Origin: Candidatus Kerfeldbacteria bacterium
GTDB lineage: Bacteria > Patescibacteriota > Patescibacteriia > SBBC01
Direction of reading: 5' to 3'
Assembly: GCA_016207275.1 (NCBI GenBank)
Contig: JACQPY010000009.1
Location: 27,637 to 91,636, forward strand
DNA length: 64,000 nucleotides
Below are positions 60,547-64,000 of this stretch, one piece after another. The notes beneath the pieces were generated by a model. The model ran no database searches. It had not been told where the DNA came from and saw only the letters and a list, made by a program, of their open reading frames with translations. Each line of letters starts with the position of its first letter. Position 1 is the stretch's first letter. Both the position numbers and the translations under genes were made by a program.

Positions 60547-61059
60547 CTGATGCCTCGCTTTCTTGTTGGCCGTCGTAACGGCAGCGCGCTATTTCACGGA
60601 AAACGCGTTGTCAAAGGGCCGGGGTGCGGTTTCCCGCTTCTCGCAGCCCATATTTTGGTCTATATAGACCCTCCGATAGTGAATGCCCGGTAAGAAATAG
60701 GACCGCTGCCGCAACCTTAATCCCGACGTAAGCGGGTGTCAAGCACAACGAAAGGCAACAGGGATGGCAATGGTGCCATCCCCGGAAAGGACATGCAGTG
60801 CTGGTGTCGGCCGCCTCCGATGGAGGTGCAACTGGAAGTCGAAGCAGTCGAAACTTGTCTCGGGGGACACCCTATCCTTGGTGTTGAGCGTGAGGCTCAG
60901 GGGACCTCCGAACGGAGCGCGGCAGCAGCCTCGCATCTGCCACCAGCGGGTCAGCCAGACCCTCGACGCTCCAACCAGCACTGCAACAATCAACTATGAG
61001 TATACAAACTTATACCAAAACTGACCAGCTTTGATGGTTATGGTCGTTGTCGTTGCGCG

Positions 61060-63984
<2,925 letters not shown>

Positions 63985-64000
63985 GTCCGGCGGAATGACC

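Overview
This 64 kb window of a high-GC (about 60%) bacterial chromosome is mostly housekeeping genes. The gene content and repeat landscape resemble an uncultivated Patescibacteria/CPR-like lineage, but taxonomy cannot be settled from sequence alone. The most distinctive element is a complete diversity-generating retroelement (DGR) at the left edge (1-2700). It has a low-GC reverse transcriptase with the DGR-type motif LGNLTSQ...YADD, an Avd accessory gene on the opposite strand, and a 127-nt template repeat (TR) matched by a variable repeat (VR) at the 3' end of a target gene. Over that 127 nt, 20 of the 21 mismatches sit at TR adenines (sense strand), and a hairpin lies downstream of the VR. 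Other readable genes: the dnaG-rpoD operon, a 1575-aa surface protein with Cna-B/FG-GAP-like repeats, ribE-ribH, a BrnT/BrnA toxin-antitoxin pair with a palindromic operator, pncB, ppsA, groES-groEL with a CIRCE operator and sigma-70 promoter, uvrA, uvrC, secG, an oligopeptide substrate-binding protein, RNase J, trpS, murI, lgt, glyA, folD, ychF, the rpsF-ssb-rpsR operon, efp, recA, a rodZ-like gene, ftsK, a secreted glycoside-hydrolase-like/CBM protein and the 3' part of rpoC. There are three tRNAs: Asn-GTT, Ser-GGA and Leu-CAG. The window is saturated with GC-rich palindromic repeat families: CCCCGCA...TGCGGGG hairpins, CACCCTGAG/SLSKG-type elements, CCCCGC-GAAA-GCGGGG hairpins, and an AAAAGCTAACAGCTACAAGCT family. 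Several of these sit in-frame inside essential genes (uvrC, ychF, ribE, a secreted protein). Also present: MITE-like elements with 12-17 bp terminal inverted repeats and unrelated AT-rich cores, a four-helix-bundle (Avd/23S-IVS family) gene bracketed by inverted repeats, a cluster of four tiny membrane-protein genes between uvrA and uvrC, tRNA-like fragment arrays, and two apparent frameshifts (a NUDIX gene and a receiver-domain gene).
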